Source: Polyangiaceae bacterium
GTDB lineage: Bacteria; Myxococcota_A; Polyangia; Polyangiales; Polyangiaceae
DNA: 64,000 nt
Reading direction: 5' to 3'
Assembly (NCBI GenBank): GCA_044376115.1
Contig: JBILLK010000002.1
Span: 224,001 to 288,000 of the forward strand
The notes beneath the pieces are model-generated. The model made no database searches and was not told the DNA's origin. It saw only the letters and a program-made list of their open reading frames with translations. Below, piece after piece: positions 9,203 through 18,448 of the stretch; within the stretch, counting starts at the first letter, position 1, and every line of letters starts with the position of its first letter. Both the position numbers and the translations under genes were made by a program.

Positions 9203-10075
9203 ATGTTCCGAAGCCGCGCCAGCTTTCGTAGCTCCGCTCCTTTCGCCGTTGGGTTCGTCCTTCTCGGCTGCAACGTTACTTCGGACGGGTCGGTCGGAGA
9301 CCCATTGGCCGAGCCAAACGCGAGCGTTTTGGGTGACGGTGCGCGTTTGCGCGAGGTCGTTCAAGAGCCCGAATGGCTGTCCCCGGAAGACACCGAGAGT
9401 GCCAACTGCAAGTCCCCCGGGCCGCGCAGCGTGCAGCTCACCGGGCAGGTCGTGGTCGCCATCGACCGCTTCGACGAGACCGGCGAGGGCGCGCTCGGCA
9501 ACCTCTACATCGAGGATTTGTACACCGCGGATGAAGAGCCGCAACCATACTCTGGCATCACTGTATTCCTTCCGGCGTTCTCTCCTCCGGATCTCCGATT
9601 GTTCGAGGAGGACGTCGTTGATACGAGCGGCAACCTGATCGAGTTCCTGGGGCCTGTGGCTGGCAAGTTTGGCGAGTGCAAGACACTGCCTGAGGTCACC
9701 GGAACGATGAAGTTGCGCTTCGACGGTGGCTCGCTACGGCCGGTTACGATAGTCGGGCAAAACGGTGGAAGCGTTCGGTGGGAGCCTGTGCTCGGCTACG
9801 AGAACGCACGCAAGTGGCTCGGGATGTTGGTTCGCTTCGAAGGGGTGCGGGTTCGCGGCATGCCGAACAGCTCCAAAGGACGATACACCGCAACCATTGA
9901 CATGGGCACCGTGTCTGCCGACGACTCGCTGGCCATCTCCAATGAACTATTCGACCTGCAGCAAGACGGCCCAACGCTCGAGGACGGAACAACGTTCAAG
10001 GCTGTGACCGGCGTGCTGACGTACTTCTACGGCTTCAAGCTCGCTCCGCGATCGGCCGACGACTTCGAGCTTTGA
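9203..10075 (+). CDS. Lipoprotein with an ExeM/YhcR-like OB-fold module
   Basis: Lipobox LLGC; motifs YSGITVF, GMLVRFEGV and VTGVLTYFYGFKLAPRSADD resemble the C-terminus of the protein at 56862-59474. Confidence 0.6.
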   Translation: MFRSRASFRSSAPFAVGFVLLGCNVTSDGSVGDPLAEPNASVLGDGARLREVVQEPEWLSPEDTESANCKSPGPRSVQLTGQVVVAIDRFDETGEGALGNLYIEDLYTADEEPQPYSGITVFLPAFSPPDLRLFEEDVVDTSGNLIEFLGPVAGKFGECKTLPEVTGTMKLRFDGGSLRPVTIVGQNGGSVRWEPVLGYENARKWLGMLVRFEGVRVRGMPNSSKGRYTATIDMGTVSADDSLAISNELFDLQQDGPTLEDGTTFKAVTGVLTYFYGFKLAPRSADDFEL

Positions 10076-12369
10076 GCTGGTGGTGGGAGCGAAGGCAGGC
10101 CGCCTTTGGGCTGGTGGCGCTGCTAGCTTCGTGCGTTGCCCAGCCGACCATGTCGGGCTGGGAGTCCCAATCAGGTGGGTTTCGCGAAGCGCCGCTGCGG
10201 ATCCAGGTGGTCGAAGCGCAAGGCGCGCCCCCCGTTGCGCTATTGGCGCGTGAGGGAGATCCCGAACAGGTCGTTGCGGTGGCGCTCTACGGCGCGGTCT
10301 CGTCGGTTCGGGTGCTTGCGGTTGCGGAGGTGGTTGCCAATCGCTTGCGAGCGAAGGGCCTCGATGTGCACCTCCGCAGCGATCGCCAGAGCCTGGTGCT
10401 GTCGGTCAGTGGCGTGGATCAGGCGCCTCGGGAACTCGTGCAAGCACTGGCGACTGCGCTGCAAACTGGGGTTGAAGCGACTGACATCGCCGCTTTACCG
10501 GCCGATCTGTCTTCCCGAGTGCCGGTGGTCGCAAGCGAAGCGGAGCGGCGGCTCGCGAGCTGTACGAACCGCGCCAGCCGCATGCAAGGGGAGGGTGACG
10601 GGGACACGCGAAATGCCGGCCAACTCGAAGAGGCCAGACGTTTTCTGGCCAGTCCACAGCGGATGGCGTTCTCCGCGGTCGGAGCGCCCACATTCGTGAA
10701 GGCGGTTGCGGAGAGCGTGGCGCAAGTCGGAGGCTGGACCTCCACAGGTCCCGCGAACGCGCCAGCACCGAACGGGGACGGACCAACGCTCGAGGTTGTG
10801 GCGGGGTCAGCAACTCCAAGACTCACGCTCGCGCTTCGCACGGGCGACGGCGCCTCCGCATTGCAGCGGGCAAAGAGCTTCGCCGAAGGGCCAACTGCGT
10901 TCTCGGTGCAAGCGGAGCGGGCCGGCTTTTCGGTTTCGAAGGTGCTTGGGACGGTCGATCCGGAGGGCGGTTGTGTGACCGTAACGCTCGACGCGAGCAC
11001 GGCCGCTGTCGATAGCGGAGCCTTGGGCCGAGTGTTTCCGCGCTTGGTCGACGAGCTGCGTGCAAGCGAGCCGTTGCGTCTCGATGTCCGCGCCCAGGTA
11101 GCGAGTGAGCCCGATGTTCGTGAGGCGGCTGCGCTTGCCGCGTGGCTCACTCTTTCGCGCGGCGCCTCGTCGCAAGAAGCTGAGTTGGTTGCAGGTCTGC
11201 TTTCAGTGCGGGCCGAGGACTTGAAGACCAACGAAGCGGCGCTGAAGCGAGCGCTGGTCTTCACAAAACAGATTGAGCCCGTACAAACTCCGAAGGCGAC
11301 TCTCCATGCTGAGCGGGGTCAACCCGAGCGCTGGCTCTTGGTCGCAAACCCTTGTGCGGGTTACGGGGAGGGGAGTTCGCGATGGGGGATTTCGGCTTTG
11401 GCGGCGCACGCCGTCGGAACGCTCGAGGTCGAAGGTGTGCGCACGCAACCGTTTGTGGTGCGCGGGGCGGTTGGCTTTGTCGCTCGTGAACCGGCGGAGC
11501 TGAGTCCGCTGCCAGCGCGCACGTTGGCTCGGCGCGCGATGGCGGGATTCTTCTCGCTGCCACGACCAGCCGTTGAGCGCGCTGGCATTTACGAGCGGCT
11601 CGCAGGTGACCTCGCGCTTCGGTTTGGGCCGGCCGATCTGGCGCTCTCGGCGTTGCCCAAAGCCTTTGACGCAAACCCTGGCGTGCTTCCGTTGTTCGCT
11701 GTTCCTCGCAACGTCGCGCGTTTCGATGAGGCGGACTTGTCGCTTGCGCTGCGCGCAACGGCCGAGGGGCCGTTGATGGTGGCAGCCCTTGGCCAATACG
11801 ACGGCCTCGAGGCTGCCGCCGAGACCGTCGCGCACTACCGCAGCCAGCCTCAATTGGCTGCGTGCCCAACTCCGGTCCCGCCTAAGCCGGGTCGCTTGGA
11901 GGTGCGGGCAGCGAGCGCTGCCGCAGAGGTCGCAGTGCTTGTTCCCACGCGTGGGCCGTATCTCGCGGATCTTCTTGTCGAGCTCGTTCGCATGCGTGCG
12001 ACCAAGAGTCTCGCAACGCTCGACGGCGCTGGGGCTAGCGTGCGAGTCGAGTTATTGTCTGACCACGCGGCTGACTCGGTGCTCGTTACGCTTCGTGGCC
12101 CCGCCGACGCTACGCTGCCAAAGGAAGCGACGCTACTCGCGGCGCTGCGTGAGCTGACCGGGCCGCTTCCGGAGGAGATCGTGCTTGAGGCGATGTCGCG
12201 CGCTTCTCAGCGTCAGCGGGCGAGACTGCGAGAGCCCATGGAGCGGCTCTCGGCATTGTTGCGTGGTCGACTCCCGCTGCCTGCTCCAGCTCAGCTATCG
12301 GAGGTCGTTCGCGACCTGGCGCAACTCCCAGGCCTGAGCGACCCAACCGTCGTCGTCGCCAAGCCCTGA
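10072..12369 (+). CDS. Large putative lipoprotein, possibly a degenerate M16 (insulinase-fold) protein
   Basis: Lipobox-like LASC; 765 aa; 4-nt overlap with the upstream gene; no HxxEH motif. Fold guess is weak. Confidence 0.45.
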   Translation: MSWWWERRQAAFGLVALLASCVAQPTMSGWESQSGGFREAPLRIQVVEAQGAPPVALLAREGDPEQVVAVALYGAVSSVRVLAVAEVVANRLRAKGLDVHLRSDRQSLVLSVSGVDQAPRELVQALATALQTGVEATDIAALPADLSSRVPVVASEAERRLASCTNRASRMQGEGDGDTRNAGQLEEARRFLASPQRMAFSAVGAPTFVKAVAESVAQVGGWTSTGPANAPAPNGDGPTLEVVAGSATPRLTLALRTGDGASALQRAKSFAEGPTAFSVQAERAGFSVSKVLGTVDPEGGCVTVTLDASTAAVDSGALGRVFPRLVDELRASEPLRLDVRAQVASEPDVREAAALAAWLTLSRGASSQEAELVAGLLSVRAEDLKTNEAALKRALVFTKQIEPVQTPKATLHAERGQPERWLLVANPCAGYGEGSSRWGISALAAHAVGTLEVEGVRTQPFVVRGAVGFVAREPAELSPLPARTLARRAMAGFFSLPRPAVERAGIYERLAGDLALRFGPADLALSALPKAFDANPGVLPLFAVPRNVARFDEADLSLALRATAEGPLMVAALGQYDGLEAAAETVAHYRSQPQLAACPTPVPPKPGRLEVRAASAAAEVAVLVPTRGPYLADLLVELVRMRATKSLATLDGAGASVRVELLSDHAADSVLVTLRGPADATLPKEATLLAALRELTGPLPEEIVLEAMSRASQRQRARLREPMERLSALLRGRLPLPAPAQLSEVVRDLAQLPGLSDPTVVVAKP

Positions 12370-12379
12370 GGCAGGGCGC

Positions 12380-15300
12380 TTGCGTGACAATGAGCGGATG
12401 ACGGGGCTCAGGGTTGATGCTACGAGCCGCGCGCTCGTGCCGCCCCTCACCTTTGGTCCCTACACTCTTGTCGAGCGAATCGGCATTGGTGCGCATTCAG
12501 AGGTATTCCGCGCGCACCGCCAACCTCGACGAGGCTTTCAAGGGGAGGGCCCAGCCGTTGCACTGAAGCGTGTCCTCGCCGGGGCCGCGCACGACCCTCA
12601 GACGCAGGCGACGCTCGCTGCAGAAGCCGAGCTGCTCAAGAGCTTGCGACACGACGGCGTCGTGCGGGTGCTTGATGACGGCGTGGTCTCCGGCGTCGCC
12701 TACGTTGTCTACGAACTCGTTGACGGTGCAGACGTTGAAAAGATCATCACGCGGGCGCGACAGCTCAACAAGCGACTACCGCTCGAATTTGCGTTTGCTG
12801 TCGCTGTCCAGCTGTTTGAAGCGTTGGCTTACGTTCATGAAGCTCTCCCTTCATCGCCTGGTAACGGATCCGCTCCAGCGATCGTCCACCGGGACGTGTG
12901 TCCCTCCAACATTCTGGTCTCCTGGGATGGCAGGGTCCGCCTCGCCGATTTTGAGATAGCGAAGGTGCCTGGTCGCAACACGACCACGGGAGTAGGCGAG
13001 ATAAAGGGCACCATCCGCTACATGTCGCCAGAACAAGTGAAGGGAGAATCGCTTGATCCGCGCTCCGATATTTACAGCGCCGGCGCCGTGATTCTTGAGC
13101 TCTTTGGTGGAAAGCCATTGTTCGCCGAGTTCAAGCCGATTGAGATTTTGCGTCGGCTCGCCGCCGGCGAGCAGGTCTGGAATCCAGAGCTAAATCCCGT
13201 CGATTTCGACGAAATCCAGGCGGTGCTCCGCAAGGTGCTCGCGCGCGAGCGCGGGGAGCGGTACGATACGTCCGCACAAGTTCTGAGAGCCCTTCTTGGG
13301 GCGGCGGAAAAGTTGAGTGTGAGCATCGGGCCGGCCGCCATCGCTCACACGATGGGTGAGTTGTTTCCCAAGCGGTTCGAACAAGGTACGGAAGTGGAGG
13401 AGAGCCGGATCATGGCTGATGAAAAGGGCGGGAGCGATCTGGATGTTTTTGAGGGCCTCGCGAAGAAGTCGGGGCGGCCATCCAATCTCCCGGGTGCGGC
13501 ACCGCCTTCGATGCCGTCGCCAAAGTCAACGGCCACACCGCCGATTCCGCCGCCTGCGTCGCTTCGAGCGGCAACCACGTTGGTCGGAGTTCCGGCACCG
13601 GTTCCACCCCCCACGTCGGGAGCGCTTGTCCCAGGGCTTCCGCCGCCCAGCATGAAGCCCAGCAGTCCGACGGGTAAGTCGGGCGCGACAGCGTTGGGGC
13701 TCGCCCCGTCGCCTGCTGGTGCAGATGCTCCCAAGGCTACGCCTCCGCCGCCTCCGCCGCCCCCGCCGAAGCCGCTCTCGGAGGCCCCTATCAGCAAGGC
13801 ACCAAACACCTTGCTCGCCGCGGTTCCTCCACCTCCAGCCCCACCGGTGTCGATTGGCTCGGCGTTGGGCCTCCCTGCAGAAAAGGGTTCGGACAAGAGC
13901 GCCGAGAAGGAAGAGAAAACGCCTCCGAAAGGCACCGCCAAGTCGAAGAACATCGACATGGATTGGGAGGACGACGAAGAGTCGACTCACGTCTTCGAGA
14001 ATCAAAAGCACGGTATGGGCAAGCCTTCAAAGAAGGCTCCCCCTCCTTCCACCGACCTCCCGCCGGTTTCGAAGGTGGGCGCTGCTGCGGCGCTGCTCGC
14101 CTCCTCGGGTGGTGCAGCTGCCGTAAGGCCCTCCGCCATTCCGAAAGCACCTCCTGCTTCAGTGGTGCCGCCTCCTCCGCCCGCGCCTCCGCCCACCCGC
14201 GCGAGCGAGGCGCCCGCACCTGTGGCGGCTGCCGCCGCTCCGTCGCGCAGGGACGAGGCCCCGGTGTCTCGTCGCAGGGAAGGGTCGAGCGGGAAGGTGG
14301 CGCTCGTCCTCGCGGGGCTTGCGATGGTCGCGGCGGTAGCGCTCGGCGTTTACATCTTCGTCCCAAGAACTGGCGAGCTGCTGATCGACATCAAGTCCAA
14401 GTCCGGCGCCGCGATTCCCACCGCCGCCGTTTACGTCGATGGCGTCAAGGTTTGCGAGAACACGCCATGTCGTGTCAACAAGGTTGATGGCGGCCAGCGC
14501 GCAATCAAGGTCGTCGTCGGTGACGCAGTTGTCCAGGAAGTGGCCAACGTCGAGCCAGGCAAAGAGCGTTCGGTGTTCCTCACCCTCGACGACGGAGCTA
14601 AAGAGAAGCCGGTGGCCGTGGCTACGCAGACAGCGGTTGCCTCGGTTCCGCCGCCGGCTGAGTCCGGTGGGACTGGCTTTTCTCTCGTTGCTCCCACGGG
14701 TGTAAAGCTGATCGTCGACGGCAAAGAGCGCGGCGTGTCGGATGGCAAGCCCTTCACCTTGAAAGACCTCCCGGCTGGCGATCACAAGATCAAGTTGGAG
14801 GGCGGCGAGCTGTACGAGTCGGTTGAGAAGACGGTCGCGGTCACTCAGGGCTCAATTACAGACCTCGGGGCCCAGAAGCCCAAGGTCCTCAAGGGCAAGC
14901 TGTCGCTCGAGCTAAAGACTGAGGGCGCGGTTGTAACGCTCTCCGGAAAGCAAGACGGTAAGACCTTCCAGAAGGACTTCAATGAGAAGAACTGGGAGAA
15001 GCAGCCCTTGGTGCTCAAGAACCTCGACCCCAAGGGCGAGCTCAAGATCACCGCGAAGAAGAAGGGGTTTGCTGACTTCACCGAAACGGTCGTGTTCCCT
15101 GACGGTGAGGCCGAACGTTCGATTTCGATCGAACTCGTAAGCGCGGATAAGCCGGTGGCCGTTCCCTCCGGAACAGTTCCCCCAACCAACACGGGGACTG
15201 CGCCCACCAACACGGCCACGGCCACCACGGCTCCACCACCAGCCGGCAACGCAACGCTTTCAATGAACTCGATCCCGATCTCCAAGGTGGTTCTCAACGG

Positions 15301-15445
15301 TCGCCCGCTTGGTAACACCCCGCAATCAGCCCAGGTTCCTCCGGGAAGTCACACCGTGATGTTCATCCACCCTGAGAAGGGCCGAAAGTCGGTCACGGTA
15401 ACGGTCAAAGCAGGCGAGAAAAAGGGCGCTTCGGTCAAGTTCTGA
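12380..15445 (+). CDS. Ser/Thr kinase-like domain, Pro-rich linker, TM helix and PEGA domains
   Basis: VALKR, HRDVCPSN, DFE (instead of DFG), YMSPEQ and DIYSAG; TM VALVLAGLAMVAAVALGVYIFV; PEGA repeats (VYVDG...TPC, VVLNGRPLGNTP). Confidence 0.9.
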   Translation: MRDNERMTGLRVDATSRALVPPLTFGPYTLVERIGIGAHSEVFRAHRQPRRGFQGEGPAVALKRVLAGAAHDPQTQATLAAEAELLKSLRHDGVVRVLDDGVVSGVAYVVYELVDGADVEKIITRARQLNKRLPLEFAFAVAVQLFEALAYVHEALPSSPGNGSAPAIVHRDVCPSNILVSWDGRVRLADFEIAKVPGRNTTTGVGEIKGTIRYMSPEQVKGESLDPRSDIYSAGAVILELFGGKPLFAEFKPIEILRRLAAGEQVWNPELNPVDFDEIQAVLRKVLARERGERYDTSAQVLRALLGAAEKLSVSIGPAAIAHTMGELFPKRFEQGTEVEESRIMADEKGGSDLDVFEGLAKKSGRPSNLPGAAPPSMPSPKSTATPPIPPPASLRAATTLVGVPAPVPPPTSGALVPGLPPPSMKPSSPTGKSGATALGLAPSPAGADAPKATPPPPPPPPPKPLSEAPISKAPNTLLAAVPPPPAPPVSIGSALGLPAEKGSDKSAEKEEKTPPKGTAKSKNIDMDWEDDEESTHVFENQKHGMGKPSKKAPPPSTDLPPVSKVGAAAALLASSGGAAAVRPSAIPKAPPASVVPPPPPAPPPTRASEAPAPVAAAAAPSRRDEAPVSRRREGSSGKVALVLAGLAMVAAVALGVYIFVPRTGELLIDIKSKSGAAIPTAAVYVDGVKVCENTPCRVNKVDGGQRAIKVVVGDAVVQEVANVEPGKERSVFLTLDDGAKEKPVAVATQTAVASVPPPAESGGTGFSLVAPTGVKLIVDGKERGVSDGKPFTLKDLPAGDHKIKLEGGELYESVEKTVAVTQGSITDLGAQKPKVLKGKLSLELKTEGAVVTLSGKQDGKTFQKDFNEKNWEKQPLVLKNLDPKGELKITAKKKGFADFTETVVFPDGEAERSISIELVSADKPVAVPSGTVPPTNTGTAPTNTATATTAPPPAGNATLSMNSIPISKVVLNGRPLGNTPQSAQVPPGSHTVMFIHPEKGRKSVTVTVKAGEKKGASVKF

Positions 15446-15447
15446 AC

Positions 15448-15510
15448 GCGACGCAAAAGCGAAAACGGCGCAAACTCCGCGAGGAGCAGCGCCGTTTTCG
15501 CTTTTGTCGC
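15448..15510. terminator. Long inverted repeat, probable bidirectional terminator between convergent genes
   Basis: caaaagcgaaaacggcgc ... gcgccgttttcgcttttg, with an inner ctcc-GCGA-ggag hairpin. Confidence 0.8.
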
Positions 15511-16491
15511 TCAGGGCGACGGGCTGTCGGGCGTCACGCCGCCGTACGCGTCGATCTCTGCGAAGTCCTGCCAAGAGGATGCGCACTCAAGAGTGCCGGC
15601 CGCAACCGCTCGTGCTCCGCCTGCACAGCGTGAAGGCTCCCGTGGGAAGGGCATCAGAAGCGCCTTGTTGAGAGTCGCTGCGGGATAGGATCCAATAATT
15701 AGGCGCGCCATTTCCTTACCGCGAGCTTTCCGCTGGGTAATGGCAATCTTTCGGGCGCCTAACTCCTTCGTGGCGTCAAGGTGAGCCAACTTCTGTTCCA
15801 CCCGCGCACGAAGCGCAGGGTCCTCCGTTGTTGCGAGTATGCTTTGATACACCTCCACGGCCCGCTCAATCTGGTCGTTTTCGATCAGCACCCGGTCTCC
15901 GGCAATGGCTTGCCAAACGATATTGGAGTCTTTGGGGGCAAGTTCCGCAGCGCGCGCCAGGTACTCAGCTCCTTCCTTGCGCCACTGCGCGGCAAGCTCT
16001 GGCTCGTCCTCCAGATACGTCGACGGAGCGAGGTAAGTGACATACGCTCCAAGAATCAGGTGCAGCTCGGCGTCTGTTGGGCGTTCTCGGACGCCTCGCT
16101 CGAGGATGCGCCGGACCGCGAGCACCTCTTCCCGCGGAGCTTCCGTAACCTGCAACGTCACGAGGGCTTGCGTTAGGCGATACGGGTCGCGCCACGTTGG
16201 TTCAAGATGATTGACTGCGTCGATGGTCTCAACGACCAGATCGTACCGTCGCTTCTCTCCCATTCGGAGGCCTTGAGAAACCAAAAGGTCAGCCCACATC
16301 ACGTCCGCGAGCGCTGCACGATGGCCAAGGGAGAGACGCTCGAGTTGCTCTGGTGGTGGAAGCAAATACGCGTCATCGGCAAAGGCGACCTGTTGGTGCG
16401 CGTCACGAAGCGGCAATTGGGTCGCTACCGCACCTGCAACAGCCACCAGCACCCCGCCGCCCAGCAGCACGTCACCCAGAAGCGGTTTCAC
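15511..16491 (-). CDS. Pilin-cluster accessory TPR-like protein (PilG/XapA-like)
   Basis: N-terminal TM, LSLGHRAALADVMW motif and helical repeats; 4-nt overlap with the upstream pilin-like gene. Family assignment from recalled motif and context. Confidence 0.55.
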   Translation of the reverse strand: MKPLLGDVLLGGGVLVAVAGAVATQLPLRDAHQQVAFADDAYLLPPPEQLERLSLGHRAALADVMWADLLVSQGLRMGEKRRYDLVVETIDAVNHLEPTWRDPYRLTQALVTLQVTEAPREEVLAVRRILERGVRERPTDAELHLILGAYVTYLAPSTYLEDEPELAAQWRKEGAEYLARAAELAPKDSNIVWQAIAGDRVLIENDQIERAVEVYQSILATTEDPALRARVEQKLAHLDATKELGARKIAITQRKARGKEMARLIIGSYPAATLNKALLMPFPREPSRCAGGARAVAAGTLECASSWQDFAEIDAYGGVTPDSPSP

Positions 16492-16973
16492 TCGACCTCG
16501 CGCCTGATCAGCAACCCGGCCATCGCCCGTGGCGCCTTCCCAGGTTCCCTCTCCCCACGAACCTCGAAGGTGGACAAGGTTCCGTCCCCGTCCAAGTCGC
16601 CAAAGGCACGAGCTGAAAACCGAGCGACCTCGGACCCTGGATCGAGACTCGAGTCAAACTGGAAGCAATAGGCGTGTTCATTCTCCAGACGAAAACTCAG
16701 TGCTCGCCAAGTTAGGTGGTCCCACGTTTCGGGTGGGTCCTTCACACGAGTCCCTCTTGGGACCTCGGCTGGGGTCAGCCCAACAGACGGCGGGAAGGAG
16801 TCTCGTTGGGGCCGCTCAGCAGCAGAGACAATGGCCCGTCGCGCGATGTGGTCAAGACCGTCCAACGCCTCGACCGACTTGGAAGCACTAAGGTTCTTGA
16901 GAAAGGTCGGAACAGCCACGGCCAGCAACGAGCCACCTATTCCAAAAATAGCAGAGAAGCGGAGCAGGGTCAT
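16488..16973 (-). CDS. Atypical type IV pilin-like protein
   Basis: MTLLRFSAIFGIGGSLLAVAVP hydrophobic helix; C-terminal AFGDLDGDG matches AQGDLDND and AVGNLDND of the neighbouring pilins. GGAG lies 7 nt before ATG 16973; alternative start GTG 16979. Confidence 0.75.
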   Translation of the reverse strand: MTLLRFSAIFGIGGSLLAVAVPTFLKNLSASKSVEALDGLDHIARRAIVSAAERPQRDSFPPSVGLTPAEVPRGTRVKDPPETWDHLTWRALSFRLENEHAYCFQFDSSLDPGSEVARFSARAFGDLDGDGTLSTFEVRGEREPGKAPRAMAGLLIRREVE

Positions 16974-17008
16974 TCCCACACTCCGCTTCTAGCTCAGCCG
17001 CTCAGCCA

Positions 17009-17031
17009 GTGCACATTTGCTAGTTGTGCAC
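17009..17031 (-). terminator. Hairpin downstream of the probable major pilin gene
   Basis: gtgcaca-N9-tgtgcac; no clear U-tract, so possibly a stabilising or attenuating stem. Confidence 0.4.
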
Positions 17032-17038
17032 GGTCCGA

Positions 17039-17683
17039 TCACTCATACTCGTTAACAATCTGGAGTTCGGTCGCCAGCTTGAGCGCCTTCGTCGTGACGT
17101 TAACCTCCGCCGACTGAGCAAAGCCGCTGATTTCAGCGTCGTTGTCCAAGTCACCCTGGGCCCAAACTAGGAATTGGCCTTCTGCAGCGGCGTATCCCGT
17201 GAAGGAAGCCGCTCCGACCATGCTGGCGTGGGCGGTTCCGCCTGCCGAGGCTCCAAGCGGATTCGCTTGGTACCCGTAGCGGAAGTAGTGCGGGCTGGTC
17301 ATCGAGAACTTTAGGCACTTCCAGCCGGTTAGATTGTCCCCTGCGTTGAAGTCAACCGAGCTTCCCGTCTGCGGCTGGTACTTCTTTCCACCAGGAACAG
17401 CACCGGGTACAGCCGTAGCTCCACCACAGATGTCGTGGTTGACCTGTGCACCCAAGGTACCTTCAGTGAGGAGCTCGGTTGCATTGCTCTCACGTTCATA
17501 GGCCTGCTGCCCACCGCGACTGATCGCGCCGATGTTGTTCTTCGCTTCGCTAGTCTTCGCGGAGGCGAGGTAGCGCCGCACACCGTAGATGGCTAGCGCA
17601 GCGAGAATACCAATGATCGCAACGACGATCATGAGTTCCACAAGAGTGAAGCCGGCCCGTGAGTAACGCTTGAAAGCTCGCAT
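17039..17683 (-). CDS. pilA: Type IVa pilin, probable major pilin
   Basis: Prepilin site RAG|FTLVELMIVVAIIGILAALA with Glu5; strong GGAGGA RBS. Confidence 0.85.
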   Translation of the reverse strand: MRAFKRYSRAGFTLVELMIVVAIIGILAALAIYGVRRYLASAKTSEAKNNIGAISRGGQQAYERESNATELLTEGTLGAQVNHDICGGATAVPGAVPGGKKYQPQTGSSVDFNAGDNLTGWKCLKFSMTSPHYFRYGYQANPLGASAGGTAHASMVGAASFTGYAAAEGQFLVWAQGDLDNDAEISGFAQSAEVNVTTKALKLATELQIVNEYE

Positions 17684-17733
17684 GATTTCCTCCGTAATTG
17701 CTTGTCAGACCCAAGACTCTCGCTCGGGTGACG

Positions 17734-17749
17734 AGCGAAACCCTAGCCA
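17734..17749 (-). promoter_or_regulatory. Candidate sigma54 promoter for the pilin at 17039-17683
   Basis: Minus strand TGGCTAGGGTTTCGCT with GG-N10-GC spacing; weaker match to consensus. Confidence 0.45.
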
Positions 17750-17769
17750 GCCACAACGGTGGCCCGGCC

Positions 17770-17794
17770 AAAAACCGCTCGCGTACTGCGAGCG
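17770..17794 (-). terminator. Rho-independent terminator after the upstream pilin
   Basis: Minus strand CGCTCGC-AGTAC-GCGAGCG-GTTTTT. Confidence 0.7.
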
Positions 17795-17817
17795 AAAACT
17801 TAAGCGACCGAGCGCAG

Positions 17818-18435
17818 CTACTCGCCCTCGTCGCCGACCTGGACCTCGTTCGCCTGTGACGTCGTTGTCATTAGCGAGTACGCCCCGTCGTTGTCCAGAT
17901 TGCCGACCGCAATGGCGATGTACCAGGGCTCGCGAGGACTTACGACGCCAATATTCATATTGACGTTCGTAGCAAAGGCCGCAGCGCTGGGAGCAAGGTT
18001 ACCCCCATGGTTGACCGAAGCGCCCGGAAGGCCCGCTCGCACTGCGTAGCTGAAACGAACTGCGCCGGTCGAGCGAAACCCGATGGCGTTAAAGCAGGTT
18101 CCGACATTCGAGGCTCCGCCCCACTGGATCTTTCGGTCGTTGATACCAGCAAGCGCCCGGGGGTACAGCCAGGCGTCAGCTATCTCGGTCGCGCCATTGT
18201 TAGCAATTGGATTGCCTGACGCTCCGTCACATCCGGCGTACGTCAGATTCTCAGACCGATAGGACTCTTGAGCGATCTTCATCGATGCCAACATCGACTT
18301 GGCCTCGCCAGAGTGCGCCGAACTCAAGTACTTCCTGAAACCGTAGATTCCAAGCGCTGCCAGGATTCCGATGATCGCAACAACGATCATCAGTTCAACC
18401 AGGGTGAAACCCCGTGCTCTCCAGCGCCGCTTCAT
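17818..18435 (-). CDS. Type IVa pilin (second paralog)
   Basis: MKRRWRARG|FTLVELMIVVAIIGILAALG. ATG 18465 of the ORF track overlaps the sigma54 motif, so ATG 18435 is preferred. Confidence 0.9.
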   Translation of the reverse strand: MKRRWRARGFTLVELMIVVAIIGILAALGIYGFRKYLSSAHSGEAKSMLASMKIAQESYRSENLTYAGCDGASGNPIANNGATEIADAWLYPRALAGINDRKIQWGGASNVGTCFNAIGFRSTGAVRFSYAVRAGLPGASVNHGGNLAPSAAAFATNVNMNIGVVSPREPWYIAIAVGNLDNDGAYSLMTTTSQANEVQVGDEGE

Positions 18436-18448
18436 CGGGTGTACACCA

